DNA of 64,000 nucleotides from Lytechinus pictus (Eukaryota): positions 558,001 through 622,000 of the forward strand of contig NC_087251.1 of NCBI RefSeq assembly GCF_037042905.1. Reading direction: 5' to 3'. How positions within the stretch are numbered: the stretch's first letter is position 1; the number at the start of each line of letters is the position of its first letter. The notes below the pieces were generated by a model. That model worked only from the letters and a program-made list of their open reading frames with translations, was not told the DNA's origin and did not search any database. The translations under genes and the position numbers were made by a program. Shown one piece after another: positions 24,055-38,765 of the stretch.

Positions 24055-25032
24055 TTAATGTAGGAAGATCCCCTATTACTCATCCTTTTCATGATTTACA
24101 AAACTTGAATAGTGTCTCGTTCAGTTATGTAGGTCTAAATCTCGAAATTTCCGCTCGTGCTCTCAATTATTTGGTTATATACCTATTGTGTTTAAGTTAC
24201 AAAAAGTGCTTAGAATTTCTATTCCTTAGGTAAAAATGTCAAAAATATGGCTGAAAAAAAATTCCTGCCCCCCCCCCCCCCCTATTGGGGAAGGCTGGAT
24301 CCGCCCCTGAATAGATCTCTTTTAATACAAAGCTTTGAAGTTCAATTATCTCCTTATTCTTTTGTCTGATTTTGATGAAACGTTTTTTCTATATTATCAA
24401 TTTTAATAAAAATTATCTTCGGCATGTTGTATCCTTCAAAATGTGTGCAACCTTTTGAGTTTGTGAGTTAATTGAATACTGCCAAATGGGAATTCTTCTT
24501 TTAATCTCCATACCTGTATATATTTCTCTATTTCTGTGAACCTTTAATATTTTTCACAAATATATGTACCTCTTATAATCCTACTGGGTATAGTGGAAGC
24601 CAGTAAACTATATAAACTTTGATTATGATTTTCATCATTGCTTACTCCGCATTAAAAATATAAGGAGAGATTTCACATGACAATATGGCCTGTATGAGGG
24701 CATTGCAAATAAGTAATTTGCAGTATAGGCCCAAGTTATTACAATGATGATTACTAGTACTCCCTTCTCTACAGAAAAACATCCACAAGCCTGGATGGAA
24801 AAAATAAATATCCGCGGTTCTTTCATAGTAATACAGACCTTGTTCTTTGAATATATCACTGCATGATCCATACCAATTAAGTGCAGGTATTCAAATACAT
24901 GTATGTGATTAATTGCAATGTAACTTAATAACAGAGTACAGAAGTGATGTCACTTTATATTATTTCATTTTTATTTTTTTAAAGAATATTTCTATGAATC
25001 TCTTAGGGGAGCATGATAGAAACATCACATCA

Positions 25033-26475
25033 AAGGCCCTGTCACATCTTTACATGCAAGCCTTGCGTGTGAGTTGTGGGTAACTATTTTCGCCGCTACC
25101 CGCAGGTCGCCTGCATTGACAGTCCGGACCTTTCGTTTGAGGACGCGCACGCTTATTTACGACGTTAGTTGATTTTGGAAGAGACTTTTTTGGGCCCGTC
25201 ATCATGGTCGTCCTGCAATGCAAATTGTGTGACATGAGATTTTTTTTTCGTTTCGCATCTGCGACGGAAACATTCAATATGCGTTTCGTGTGCAAAATTT
25301 TGATTGCTACTATGGTAACAGCGATATATCTCATTGAGGACGACTTTCCAAAGCCACATTTGACTCCTCCTAGAGCTCGAGAGGCCGCCCGGGGGGCCCA
25401 CTTCCATTGATTAGTGGATCCCAGGAGCGACCACGCGTAAAATGGGACAGAGTGGGCAGGTACGTTACGTATAGGCCTATGTAACGTTATAAGGGTGTCA
25501 AAACGATGTTTAAAATGCTGACAAAAAAGGGATATCCAATACTTGTAGGGTTTCACAAGCCAAATTCTTGTTAAGAGATGCATTTTCATAATCTGGAAAA
25601 GAATTACTTCCCAGCTTGTTTAGGGTATTTTTCGAAACCCCATGGTCGTGCCTGGTATCCACTCATTAATGGAAGTGGTCCCCCCGGAATTTGAATCTAA
25701 TCCCCATTTCTGGGGGAAGTAAAACATAATGCCCATTACATCGTGTGCGAGAGGCATATCGTTTGTGTAGAAGGAATAAACAAAAGAAACAAAAGAAACA
25801 AAAAGAAACGAGTTCAAATGTATTACATAATGGTGTGCACATATCAACTCACGCGAAATGTTCGGCTGGAGAGGTTGATCTGACCCATGAAATCAATTGC
25901 CAGTGATACACCAATAATCCACATTAAATGTAATATCGATTCGATGGACTGTAATGATCTATATCTAAGCCTTCATTCAGTAAGTTTTTCCTCACTCAAT
26001 ATGTACTCGATTTGTTTGAAAAACCACTTTCTTATCCATGTCATAATCTATTTTAGGTCTTCATTTCGAATATCTCAAACCATCAGTCGTAATATACATG
26101 CTATGTATGGTGCGAGTGTCGCAGAAAAGGATTTTGCACACGAAAAGCAGATCTGTAGGGCCTGTAACCCCCCTGTAACACAAAGTTTAGCATTGATTGT
26201 AGAGCAGTTTTCTACGTTTGATTCTATTGACTATAATGCACATTCAATCTTAAAAATCAAGTGTATGATTAAGCGTTAACTTTTGTGTTAGGGGACCCTA
26301 ATATTAGCGTCCGTGAGGATTGCGAAAGGTCCCAAGTATCTCGCATGTACCTCATACGCAGTTGCCTACAGAAGCTCATGCAAAAAAGTTTTGACAATGC
26401 TCAAAACTTTGTTGTTGCAGGCAACTACCCGCAACTCACCCAAAAGGATTGCATGAAACGATGTGAAAGAACCTT
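25033..26475. mobile_element. Degenerate Harbinger-like non-autonomous element
   Basis: Imperfect TIRs AAGGCCCTGTCACATC...GCGTGTGAGTTGTGGGTA versus TACCCGCAACTCACC...GATGTGAAAGAACCTT. Contains a CCCGGG-family fragment at about 25388-25688. Confidence 0.6.
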
Positions 26476-26489
26476 AAGAATTTGTTTAA

Positions 26490-27084
26490 AGGGGAATCCA
26501 GCCTTGGCAATAAAATGTTGTGTTGGGAAGGAGAAAAATAAATTAAACAGAATGGTGAAAGTTTGAAAGAAATCGGACATGCAATAAGAAAGTTATAGCT
26601 GCTTTAAAATTGAGATCACAAATACTATGTAGATTTCAAATTGGCAACTGAGTAAGTAAATTATGACAAGGGGCAAGGACAACTTTCCCATAGGCCATGT
26701 ACTTTATTATCAGGGATTTGTGGTTTTCTTCTAAGAACCCATTCCCCTGGGGCAGTAATCTAAATATAACCCAGGTAGTATATTGTTTTATGTCCTCATG
26801 AAAGAAAAATATAATTTGAAATAAAACTTTTGGGAAAAATGACATTTTAGCCATAATATGTATTGGAGTACATGGAAGAGTAGTCCTTGCCTTACATCAC
26901 TATGACATCCCATATGCGGCCAATTTGAAGTCTCCATGGGTATAGTGATTACCAATATTTACAACATTAAAAATTTCATAACTTTCTTGTTTTTTGTCCA
27001 ATATTGTTCAAACTTTCACCTATCAACTTGTCTGATTTTTCTTTTCCTTATAAAAACAAGTTTTTATATGGGTTGGATTCCCCT
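26490..27084. mobile_element. Kolobok-like MITE
   Basis: TTAA|AGGGGAATCCA...TGGATTCCCCT|TTAA. A second, inverted copy lies at 55859-57277. Confidence 0.85.
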
Positions 27085-28285
27085 TTAACTGGGCCTAAGA
27101 TATGCGCACATGTATGCTTAATTCGTCCAACTGAAGTAAATAGATTATTTACATGGTTCTTAAAAGTCAAGTCCACCTGAGAAAAATGTTGATTTGAGTC
27201 ATGACAAAGAAATCAAACAAGCATAAAAATTAGAATATTTTGAATTTCATATAATAAGAAACAGTGAGTGGGTGATGACATCAGTCACCTTATTTGCATA
27301 CAAGCCAGTGTGTGCATATAACTGTTTTTGTAAAATTGAAAAAGATCATAACTTTCTTATTTGCTCTGTTATTCCACCCCAGGAAAAAATATTGATTTAA
27401 ATCGAAACGGAAAAATGAAACCAGCATAACACTGGAAATTTCATCAAAATCGGATGTAAAATAAGAGTTATGACATTTTAAAGTTTCACTTATTTTTCAC
27501 AAAACAACTCTGTGATATACAAATGAGAGAGTGGATCATGTCCCTCACTCCCTATTTCTCTTGTCTTTAATTGTAATATTTCATTCTTTTTACAGATATA
27601 TGACAATAAAGACCAACTTGACTGAACCATAAAATGTTAAAACAATGGTTATTCCAAATGTTCAGGGATGAATGAAACTTTATTTCACATGACAATCAGA
27701 AATACGAATATTTCATATAATAAAATATAAAAGAAATAGTGAGTGGATGATGTGATCAGTCATTTGCATAGTAGCCAGGATGTCCTTTAAATCAGTCAAT
27801 ATTCAACACTTTAGAGGCATATTCAATGTTCTTTATTGTTTAGAACCAAATTAATAATACATGGACAGCTTCAAAACATGATTAAACTTGGACACTACTT
27901 TGGCAATCTACAGTACCAATGGCCTACATATAGGTTGCATTGATACTTACAACTGACTACATGTAGGTCAAACTCAACAATTTGTAAAAGTAACATCTCC
28001 TGATTTAGCATTTATAAGGAAGAATTTGAATATTCAGTCACAATTTTATTTGAGTCAGAGACAGAGTGATTCTTTTTTTTTTTTTAGATTTTCAAAAATA
28101 TTACATACACACATTTGTTATGGGTAAATGTGTATGTGTGTAACTTACTACATGTAATTCTGGCAAAATTGCAAACATTAAAACCAAGAAATGTAAAGAA
28201 TGTATAACAAGAAAGGAAGATTGAAATTGATAGATCAAGAATTACTCTGTTCATAACTCCCAAAAAAACCCAAATGGAATGTTAA

Positions 28286-29198
28286 AACAAGTGGAACGCC
28301 TCTGGCAGTCTTGCCTGCATTAAGCGATTCAATCTTTGAAAAAAACTTTTAAATAATTTATTCACAAAAACACAATTCATATGTTAATAAAACACTCTAT
28401 GCATTTACCCTAAATGACCTTTGACCATGATCACGTGACCCATGATTACCCTTTCAGGAACAAAATCCATGAACTTTTAGTTATGATGGCAAATCAACAA
28501 TACACCCAACATGGCTAAAGTTAATTGAGATTAAATGACTTTTGACCATGGTCATGTGACCTGAAACTCACAGAAGATGTTAAATGATATTAGATTACTC
28601 TTATTTCTAACTTTTATGAACTAGAGCCATAAACTTTCAAGGTTATGATAGCAATTCTACAATATCCCAACATGGCCAAAGTTTGTTGACCCTATATGAC
28701 CTTTGACCTTGGTCATGTGACCCCAAAATCAGGCAGGGGGTTCAGTGATACACCCTTATCCTCATTGCCAAGTTTCATGAACTCAATCCATAAACTTTCA
28801 AAGTTATTATTGCAATTCAACAATTACCCCCAACGTGACCAAAGTTCCTTGACCCTGAACGACCTTTGACCTTGGTCATGTGACCTAAAACTCAAGCAAG
28901 GTGTTAAGTGATACACCATTACCCTTATGTCCAAGTTTCATGAACTAGATCCAAAAAACTTTTAAAGTTATGACAAAATTTCGATGTTCATTCCCCAAAC
29001 ATGGTCCAAGTCTTTGACCTTGGTCATGTGATCTGAAACTCAGACAGGATGTTCGGTAAAACTTGATTACCCTTATGTCCAAGTTTCACGAACTAGGTCC
29101 ATATACTTTCTAAGTTATGATATGACATTTCAAAAACTTAATCTTGGTTAAGATTTCATGTTGACGACGCCGCTGTAAAAGCGGCGCCTATAGTGACA
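28286..29198 (+). mobile_element. Helentron/HINE-like repeat, copy 1 (3' hairpin deleted)
   Basis: AACAAGTGGAACGCCTCTGGCAGTC start; ~120-bp TGACCTTTGACC tandem units. Confidence 0.75.
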
Positions 29199-29439
29199 AA
29201 AATTACCTTAACCAAATATGGGAGACACAAATAGACAATAATAATTAGTCATACATATCATTGAAAAAGTCAGTTTTAAAAATAAGATAAAAGCTGCCTG
29301 AAGTACAGTACAGCACTAGAGAGTGCTTCAATTATCAATGTTATAAGATTAAGATACAGTGCCTACAATAATTATTTGTACACTTCATATAGCAATGCAA
29401 AATGAGAAAATAAACTATGTTGGAACCAAAAAATTCCTA

Positions 29440-30345
29440 AGTTAGCCTTCATGAAATATAATGAATTATATATCATATGAAAGAAGGAAGTATAGCAGTT
29501 GTTTTGCACCTTGTTGGAAATTGTGATCGGTAACGCATGAACGATTATGAATCATGAAATGCAATAATGAATATTTTCAGACCTTGCTATGATTATTGAA
29601 GCATAGCGCGCAATGCTTCATTGATCATGACTTATTTCCTATTTTTCTGAGAGATGAGATTATATACTTTCATTTGATATTAGAATTCTTAATATTTTAG
29701 GCGGCTGTACGGATTTCGCTAACGATTTTAAACAAAGTGATGTCTGACTCCTATTGCCTCATTGAATTTTGTAAAATGGGTGTAATTGGATTAATTTTTC
29801 ATTTCATTAAAATGGAAAACAATGCAACAATGCATATTTTCAGACCTTGCTGTGATTATTGAAACGTAGCGCGCAACGCTTTATTGATCACAACTTATTT
29901 CAATTTTACCCCGAGAGATGAGATATGCTTTCATTTGATATACAGTTCTTCATATATTTGTTGTTATTAAAGACTTCATAAACGATTTTGAATGAATTGA
30001 TGCCTGACAGCTGTTGCCCCATTGACCTTTGTACAGGGGTGTAGTTAGATTCATTTTTAATATTTCATTTCCTGTCAAAATAATAAAACAGGTGAAAGGG
30101 ATCTGAACTTTATATAAAATGAAAGCATGTCATCTCATCTCTCAGAAAAAATAAGAAATAATTCATGATCATTGAAGCATTTCGAGTTACGCTTCAATGA
30201 TCACAAAAAATATGAAGATATGCATCATCACACTTAATGAATTATAATCATTCATGTGTGACTGATAACAATTTGCAACTAGATGGAAAACAAAGACTAT
30301 ACTTTTCTCTTTCATTTGATATATTATTCATTAGAGTTTATGAAA
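29440..30345. mobile_element. Old MITE with ~220-bp imperfect TIRs
   Basis: 29460-29670 is the diverged reverse complement of 30120-30335, e.g. TTTTTCTGAGAGATGAGAT / ATCTCATCTCTCAGAAAAA. Confidence 0.6.
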
Positions 30346-30757
30346 GCCAGGTTACAATAATTACACATAAAGCTTGTAGACACTGTATGTACCGGTAGGT
30401 CTTGACTATGTACATGTAAGTAGCTTCTGAAAATCGATTTGAGTCGTAAAGCGGACCACCACACCCAATTATAGTACAAATTCTATACCGGTACATTGTT
30501 TGACAAGCGTGTAATAGACATGACAATCTTGAAATTATTTTGAGGTTGTTTGTTTGGTTGAATACAAGTCTAGTCATATGCAACCAGAAATGCATGTACT
30601 ACCATTTTAACACTGGGCAACTCCATATGAACAATGAAATTCAACTACATACCTTTTTCAAAGTTGTGTGCCTGATTTGTACCTTTAATTGCCTTCCACC
30701 AAAAAAAAAATTATACATGCATCATTATAATTTACATTTATTTATTACTAGTATAAA

Positions 30758-31326
30758 CCCGGGGGGGGGGGCCACTTACATTGACGAGTGGATACCATGC
30801 GCGACCAAAAAAACACGTAAAAAGGATGTCTTTTTCAAGATAGGGCACGTTACGTACGTAACGTGATAAGGGTGTCAAAAACACAAAAATAATGAAAAAA
30901 GGGTATCTATTTCGCTAGGAAAGCTACGTGTTTAGGGTCAAATTTGCGGGGATGATAAAACAAAATTAAAATGTTTTATAAAGGATGTCCTTTTTGCCCC
31001 AACACTACGTGTTTAGAGTCCGATTTGCGCGACTGAGGTGTGCAAGGTGGGGCCGTATAAACCAAATGGTGTAAAGGTAAAACCGACGACCGACGGACCC
31101 ATGACATAACAATGAAATATCGCTGTACTTGTTTAGGGGTTCATTTCAGGGAATACTAGCCAAGAGTATCGTTTTATTTCCAATACTTGTTAAGGGTAGG
31201 GTTTCAGACGCCAATACTTGTTAAGGGGTGCATTTTCAGAATATGGAAAATACGTGTTTAGGGTGCTTTTCGAGACCCCATGGTCGCGCATGGTATCCAC
31301 TCGTCAATGGAAGTGGCCCCCCCGGG
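30758..31326. mobile_element. CCCGGG-ended MITE with 8-bp TSD
   Basis: About 50-bp TIRs; TSD AGTATAAA on both sides. Confidence 0.9.
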
Positions 31327-31744
31327 AGTATAAAGCTTCATTCAAACGAAAAATTTCTATATTCGAGAGATAATGTGACTTATTTCATCATTAGCCTGAT
31401 GGGAGTTCTTTTTTCTTCTTCTTTAACACAAGAAGTTCAGAAGAGAGTAAACAGTAGAAATTAGAAACAAAAAATTGAAGGGGGTGGGGTCACTGATAAA
31501 ATGTTTAAAGTTGTGCAATCTGCAAACTGTCCACTTGAAAATCTAACGAATTGAGCCATTCTAGAAAATCCACAGGTCAATGCATGCATACGACTAAAAA
31601 ATAGAAAAAAATATATTGAATCTATATCCTCAAGATCCCTCAGCAGTAGGTTTCCTGCAGCTCATCTGTGTGCATCCTGTTCCATGTAATAAGATTGCAC
31701 TGAGTAAGTTTAAACTGTCCTTGGTGATCTTGTTTGATGATGGA

Positions 31745-31834
31745 TCACTTAGCCAACATTAGCCTCATTAGCTGGTTGGTAAACTTTTCCACCTTCTTCA
31801 AGTCTTGACTGTGTTCTGTTCTATATTGAAGACA
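31745..31834 (-). CDS. SRP9: SRP9 coding exon 3 ([29 protein letters not shown])
   Basis: Acceptor CTTGCAG|, 29 codons plus TGA. Resembles the SRP9 C-terminus (human [26 protein letters not shown]). The three exons splice in phase 0 to 76 aa. Confidence 0.96.
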   Translation of the reverse strand, partial: CLQYRTEHSQDLKKVEKFTNQLMRLMLAK

Positions 31835-33292
31835 CTGCAAGGTATTCAATTCAACACATATTTGGCATAAGATAAAAATCAAAGGATTACATTATCCAAG
31901 AATACCTAAGGTTTCATGGGGATTTACCAGGAAGGGGTGGGGGAATGGCAAACTAAAATTTAATGATTTACAAATATTGGATCAGAAACTTTTGTAAAAA
32001 GGGTATTATCTGTGGGTAAAGATGTCATATGCATCCATGGTGCAGTTGTGGGAAAAAACAAAACATTTACTTAAAATGCTCCATTTTTTCAGAAAAGAGG
32101 ACATATTGAGGGGAAAGGGACTGCTTCTGGAGTCTATTCATTCATTTAAAGTTTCTTTTCTGAATATTGGTCTGTATCATTTTATGCAGTCTTGATTGAA
32201 GGCATGTTAATCATGTACATTTTCTAAAATCATTTAGAGATAAATGTAAAGAGAAAACAAATGGAAATATATAAACAGTTATTTTGACAAATGAAAAATA
32301 TGTGATTAGGAGTAGTTTTGAAAAAAAAAAAACCCAAAGATTGTGTCATGCCTTCCTATGACTACACAGCATAAAGACCCCCCCTGGCAGTTTGATATCA
32401 CAAAAAAGCAGGTAAATTTAAATGTCTCGGTTAACTCAGCATATGACCTTTGATAGTACTATTGCAACATGTTACATGTTACCCCTGTTGCATCCATGAT
32501 AAAAAAAAGTTTCATTGAAAATGGAGTAATGGTTCAAAGTTTTTTGTTAGAAAGTTATTCTTGTAAGTAAACTTTAACACATGACCTAAAATGACCTTTG
32601 ACCGCATACAGGACTGTACAATGATGTCTCTCCAACTGTTATCATCCAAGTTTGATTGCCATTGGAGCAATAGTACCGTAGTCCAGTTATCGTTATTGTT
32701 ATTGTTATTATCATTATTTACTGGACCAATATAAAAAAGTACCAATCCATCACATCAGAAAAACAATAACAGTATACAAACATGCAAAGAAATATGGCAG
32801 CAGCAAGTGGGTCACAGGGCACAAAAGTAAAATTCAGCACTGTTGCCCAGAAAATTGGGAATGAAAAGGAGGGGGAGGGGGCAAAAAATCAATTGGGAAT
32901 ATTATACAAATATTGACTGCGCACAAGGATGACTGTGTAAATTATTATCCCGAGGTGCTTTTCAATTCATACAGGCCCTTCTATCACCCTCAAGGCCTTA
33001 GCCGAAGGGTGACAGAAGTCCCGGTATGAAAAGCAATGAGAAAGTGATGATTTCCACTGTCAATCGAATACAGAGCTGTCCAGATTTGTTTTATATATAT
33101 ACCTCATTGATAATCACATAGCTCTAGACCCAAGGGGCCAGGGTTCCAATTTTAGCAACACAACATGTGGCCCTACCCTCAGGGGTTGCAAATACTATCA
33201 GAGGGTTTGATAGAAGAAATTGACAGTAAGTCAAAATCCTGGCAGTTTTGATCAATCAGTGATAACAATCTTAGTATGAGGTATATAAAAAT

Positions 33293-34293
33293 AACAAGTG
33301 GAACGCCTCTGGCAGTCTCCCCTGCATTACGCAATTCGATATAGCAGCAGAGCTTCCTTTGAAAACAGCCAATGAATAATTATTCACAGAAGAAAACACT
33401 AATATGATCATAAAATATTATATCCATTGGCCCCAAAATGATCTTATGATCATGTGACCTAAGACATGTGCAAAACAACCATTCATACTTGATGTCGATG
33501 ATTCATGAGCTAGATCCATAAACTTCTTAAGTTGTGATGCCAATTCAACACATACTCCCAACACGGCCAAAGTTCATTGACCTTTAAATGACCTTTGATC
33601 TTGGCCATGTTCCTGAAAAGCACACAGGGTATTCAGGGCTACATTGCTGCTCTTATATCCAAGTTTCATGAACTAGATCCATAGACTTTTAAAGTTATGA
33701 TGACAACTCCACAAATACCCCCAACATTACCAAAGTTTGTTGACCCTAAATGACCTTTGAACTTGGTCATGTGACCTGAAACTAGCACAAGATGTTCAAG
33801 GATACTTGATTGCTCTTATGCACAAGTTTCATGAACTAGATCCATAAAATTTCTAAGTTATGATGACAATTCTTCAAATCCCCCCAATATGGCCAAAGTT
33901 CGTTGACCCTAAGTGACCTTTGACCTTGGTCATGTGACCTGAAACTCGCACATGATATTCAGGGATACATGGTTGCTCTTATGTCCAAGTTTCATGAACT
34001 AGATCCATAAATTTTAAAGTTATGATGACAATTCCTCAAATTACCCCAACATGGCCAAAGTTCGTTGACCCTAAGTGACCTTTGACCTAAATCATGTGAC
34101 CTGAAACTCTGGCAGGATCTTCAGCGATACACTATTACCCATATGTCCAAATTTCATGAACTAGGTCCATATACTGTCTAAGTTATGACATTTCAAAAAC
34201 TTAACCTTGGTTAAGATTTCAATGTTGACGACGCCGCCGTCACCGTCGGAAAAGCGTCGCCTATAGTCTCGCTCTGCTATGCAGGCAAGACAA
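33293..34293 (+). mobile_element. Helentron/HINE-like repeat, copy 2 (SRP9 intron 2)
   Basis: 5' subterminal GTCTCCCCTGCA, 3' hairpin GTCTCGC...GCAAGAC, no TSD, A-rich site. Confidence 0.8.
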
Positions 34294-34656
34294 AAATTAC
34301 CACTGCAAAAAATATATAATATAAGGAACTTAGTAAATAAAAACAGCATCTCAGTGCTGGACAGTAGTATATTCATTGCATTACATCTAACTATTACAAT
34401 GGGTATCATTCTGGTCACGAATAGGATTAAGAAAGATCGATAAGAAAGAAAAGTATAGGAGTTATGAGCCATAAAGAGATTATTGAAGATAAACACTAAC
34501 GTTTGAAATGAAACGACCTTTGACCTTACCATGTGTCAGCTAATGCCATTGAAAAATAAGGGTCCCAAAATACATCACCCAAATTTATTTGGAAAGGGAG
34601 TGAATCCTGCTTTCCTGCTTGCAAATCCTAAATATGAAGAACCTGAAAGCACTTAC

Positions 34657-34725
34657 CACTTGATCGTCTGTAACTTTCACTGACAATTTGGAATTACAGT
34701 GTCTGTACTTTGTAACGATTCGGAC
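34657..34725 (-). CDS. SRP9: SRP9 coding exon 2 (VRIVTKYRHCNSKLSVKVTDDQV)
   Basis: Acceptor TTCATAG|, 69 nt in frame, donor GTG|GTAAGT. Contains the SRP9 motifs KYRH and KVTDD. Confidence 0.96.
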
Positions 34726-35160
34726 CTATGAACCAAAACACAATATTAAAAAGAAACAAAAAAAACATTTAACAATAAACCAGAACATGAACAAGATTTT
34801 TCAAAAGTGTATTTAATATACAGTACATCCCAGAAAAAAAAAACGAAACCATAATTCATTTGTACTCTTTTGCCATCATTATCATAAATTTGCTTCATGA
34901 GATGTACATCAATGGAAAGATATGCTTCTCTTCTTTCATTTGAAGCCCATCTCAACATTCATAATGTACGCATGACTGAGTTAGCTACAATGGAAAGTGG
35001 TGAGCATACCAAATCTCCATTTGCATGGGCAAATTATGATTTTGATTGAGTTTTTCTGGCTTTTACTGCTATATTCTTAAGACAAAGTTCATAACTCAAA
35101 TATCTATCTTTTCTTCTTTTATATGAGACCTTATACATATGAAATATTGCATAGAATAAT

Positions 35161-35703
35161 CGGGGGGATGGGGCACTTACATTGACAAGTGGATACCATG
35201 CACGACCCCAAAAACACGTAAAAAGGATGTCTTTCGGACGTAACGTAATAAGGATGTCAAAAACACTAAAATAATGAAAAAACGGTATCTATTTCGCTAG
35301 AAAAGCTATGTATTTAGGGTCAAATTTGCGAGGGTAAAAAGACCAAAATGTTATATAAAGGATGTACTTTTTGCCCCAACAGTCAATACGTGTTTAGACT
35401 AGAGTCCGATTTGCGAGAGGTGTGGGAGGTGGGGGCCGTACTAAGTCCAATGATTACTAAAGGTAAAACCGACGTCCATGACTATCGCTGTACTTGTTTA
35501 GGTGTTCAATTCAGGGAATACTTGCCAAGGGTATCGTTCATTGTTTCCAATACTTGTTAAGGGTAGGGTTTCACATGCCAATACTTGTTAAGGGGTGCAT
35601 TTTCAGGATATAGAAAATACTTGTTTAGGGTGCTTTTCGGGACCCCATGGTCACGCATGGTATCCACTCCTCAATGGAAGTGCCCCCCCCCCCCCCCCCC
35701 GGG
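35161..35703. mobile_element. CCCGGG-family MITE, second copy
   Basis: Homologous to 30758-31326; TSD AGAATAAT. Confidence 0.85.
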
Positions 35704-35748
35704 AGAATAATGAAGCCACACATGTAAATAACAAGGAATATGCATTAA

Positions 35749-36330
35749 AGGAAAATGAAACCTTTGGAACAAGATAGCTTGTGTGAAAACAGACAAATCA
35801 AAGACACAGATCAACGAAAGTTTTATAAAAACTGAATGAATATAAGAAAGTTATGAGCATTTGAAGTTTAGATCATTATTGTAATGTAGATCCTTCCATT
35901 GGCAATGCGACAAAGATGTGTGATATCACATGTGAACAACTTTCCCATTGCTTTTGTATATATTTCACTTAAAATGCCTCTTTTATCACATCTATTAGTA
36001 ATTCATTAATTTGTTCTATAGGAGGGCTTTTAATACAGATTTGCAAAGAATATATTATGGATAAAGAGTTTGTATCTCCTTAAGAAAGAGCATAAAGAAA
36101 CATTTTGGGGGTATTTTATAGTCCATCAAAGGGAAAGTTGTTCACATGTGACATCACACATATCTGTTGCATTGCCAATGTGAGGATCTCCACAGCATTA
36201 GTGATCGCAATATTCAAATGCTCATAACTTTCTCATTATTTGTCCGATCTTTCTCAAACTTGCTTTGATCTTATTCTTTGATTTTTCTCTTTCCACACAA
36301 ACCCACTTGTTCCAAGGGTTTCGTTCCCCT
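35749..36330. mobile_element. Kolobok-like MITE
   Basis: TTAA|AGGAAAATGAAACCTTTGGAACAAG...CTTGTTCCAAGGGTTTCGTTCCCCT|TTAA. Confidence 0.8.
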
Positions 36331-36484
36331 TTAACTATTTCTATTGACCTAACTAAAGCTTTTAATGTATTTTTTTGCACCTTGGGCACTCTGCAGAGTG
36401 GATTTGGCGCATTACAAATCCCATCTATTATTATTTTATTATAGATCATTCAATTTCACTTTAACTATTATGGTATAAGGGGCA

Positions 36485-37283
36485 TAGCAGTAGTGCTGAC
36501 TTTGAAAACTACTATAAAATAATTATTCACAAAAAACACTATTCATATAATGATACAATACTACGTTCATTGACAATAAATGACATTTGACCTTGATCAT
36601 GCGACCCAAGACTCGTGAGTGATACTTGATCACCCCTACATGTATATCCACATTTTATAAACGATATCTATGAACTTTGAAAGTTATGATAGCAATCTAA
36701 TAATTACCTCCAAAATGGCCAAAGTTCAATTACCTTAAATGACCTTTGACTTTGGTCATGTGACCTGAAACTTGCATGAGATGTTCAGTGATACTTGATT
36801 ACTCTTATGTCCAATTTTTTTTAAAACTAGATCCATACACTTTCAGAGTTATGATGGGTTATTCAACAAATACCCCTAACATGGCCAAAGTCCATTGACC
36901 TTTGACTTTGGTCATATGACCTGAAACTCGCACAGAATGTTCAGTGATACTTGATTACTCTTATGTCCAAGTTTCATGAATCAGATCCATAAACTTTCAA
37001 AGTTATGATGGTAATTCAACAGATACCCCCAACATGGCCAAATTCATTGACCTTTGACATCGGTCATGTGACCTGAAACTCACACAGGATGTTCAGTGAT
37101 ACTTGATTACTCTTATGTCCAAGTTATATGAATCAGATCCATAAACTCTCAAAGTAATGATGGTAATTCAACGAATACTCCCAACTTGGTCAAAGTTAAT
37201 TGACCCTAAATAGCCTTTGACCTTGGTCTGTCGCCGTCAGATAAGCGGCGCCTGAAGTCTCACTCTGCTGTGCAGGTGAGACA
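36485..37283 (+). mobile_element. Helentron/HINE-like repeat, copy 3 (5'-truncated)
   Basis: Same tandem units and 3' hairpin GTCTCAC...GTGAGAC. Confidence 0.75.
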
Positions 37284-38765
37284 AAAATCTCATAAGCCTT
37301 ATTTAAATAGTGCGAGCACGAAGCGCGAGCTGTATTTTTTATTTCATGTATTATGTCCTAAAATCTAAACATTCTGGGCAATGTTTGTGATCCTAAACGA
37401 AATGTGTATCCAACTACTCTATAAAAAAAATTGGGTAAAAATGCTCCATGAGGGTATTTATGTGTCCAACCAACATTGGGCATTTCTTTCGTTTATTTAT
37501 CGAGTGTGATGAAAATTTTGCCCATTTCTAAAGTAATTGCTGTTTATTTTTCACCTTTGTTAGAGAATTAATATTGAGATACATACATATCAAAATGCAA
37601 TCGTGCAGTGCTAGCTGATCCATTTTGACAATATGATCTGAATAGGGACATTTTGAGAACTTTATGGAATAGATCTACAGGAAAATAGATACCTGACAAA
37701 TCAAATTTAGTGAGCGCATGGCGCGGGCAGAAAATGTTAATATTCAGACCATAAATCAGAGATTTTTACAGAGCACTTTTTAAAAATCAATTTGTAAATC
37801 AAACAAAATAATGAAACTGAAAGTTCGATATCCGAGCTGAAATATGTCTTGTATATTGACTTTAAAATTTGATATTTCAAAAAGCTCCATATTGAGCAAG
37901 ATATGTAAATCACCTGAAATGCAATGCGAGCGCGAGCAAAAATTTTATATATTGACATGAAAGATTGTTAAAATTATTTTCCAAGTCTTCCCCTTTATTA
38001 TTTTATTCACTCGGCTTCCTCTACTTAATGTTTCCCCTTCTTTTTTCTCCTCTCTTTTCCCTTCTGTTTCTTTTTTTTGCTCCGCCAATGGGGGCGGGGC
38101 GGAGCTCCCTGGGTTAAAGTAGATCTAGACGGCTTGTTGCAGTTGATGGGTTAAAGTAGATCACCCTGGGCTACGGCCTGAACCCAGGACTCGTCCGTGT
38201 AATACTAGTCAAACATCATGAACATATACTCTCCAAAATGGGGTAGAATGTGGTCACAATAGCATTCCAAATAAAAGGGGAAAAAATAATAAATGCACTT
38301 ACCTCGATTATATGGATGGTCTATCATGAGAAACTAATCCTGACATCGAGGCACAAACTGGACCCTCAAAAAAAGGAAAATTTAGACGTCTATGTCGCGT
38401 TTGTTTTGGTATCGATCAGCCATTTTGTTTTCAATTTTGACAGGAGAACGAACGAGACAGAACTTTTCCTTTTTTTGAGGGTCCAGTTTGTTTTTCCCCT
38501 TTTAAGTTTTTTTTCCCCCGTTTTGGTGCATTTCAGGCCAAAGAGGGGTAAAAAAAACTTAAAAGGGGAAAAACAGTGGCTTACCTTATGCTTAGGCTGT
38601 CACGCAACTTCACTTCCCTGTTTAAATGTTTATCTGAACTTAATACAAGTCATAAACATATCCCTGTACAGATCGAGCTAGAACTTTGGTCTCTGTATTT
38701 GGTGAGTGGAGCCAACGGAGTTCAGCGGAACAACCAACATAACAGAGACCAAAGCTTTTGGTCTA

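Noticed and set aside
25050..26566. 179-aa, 130-aa and 93-aa ORFs
   Set aside because: They cross boundaries of nested repeats and show no recognisable motifs.
32910..33290. Possible Crypton-like non-autonomous element (TATACCTCA.../...TGAGGTATA)
   Set aside because: Only a short inverted match with unclear boundaries; insufficient support.
38303..38346. Candidate SRP9 first coding exon ending GAG|GTAAGT
   Set aside because: The phase-0 frame has stops and no SRP9 similarity; the true exon 1 is at 42126-42197.
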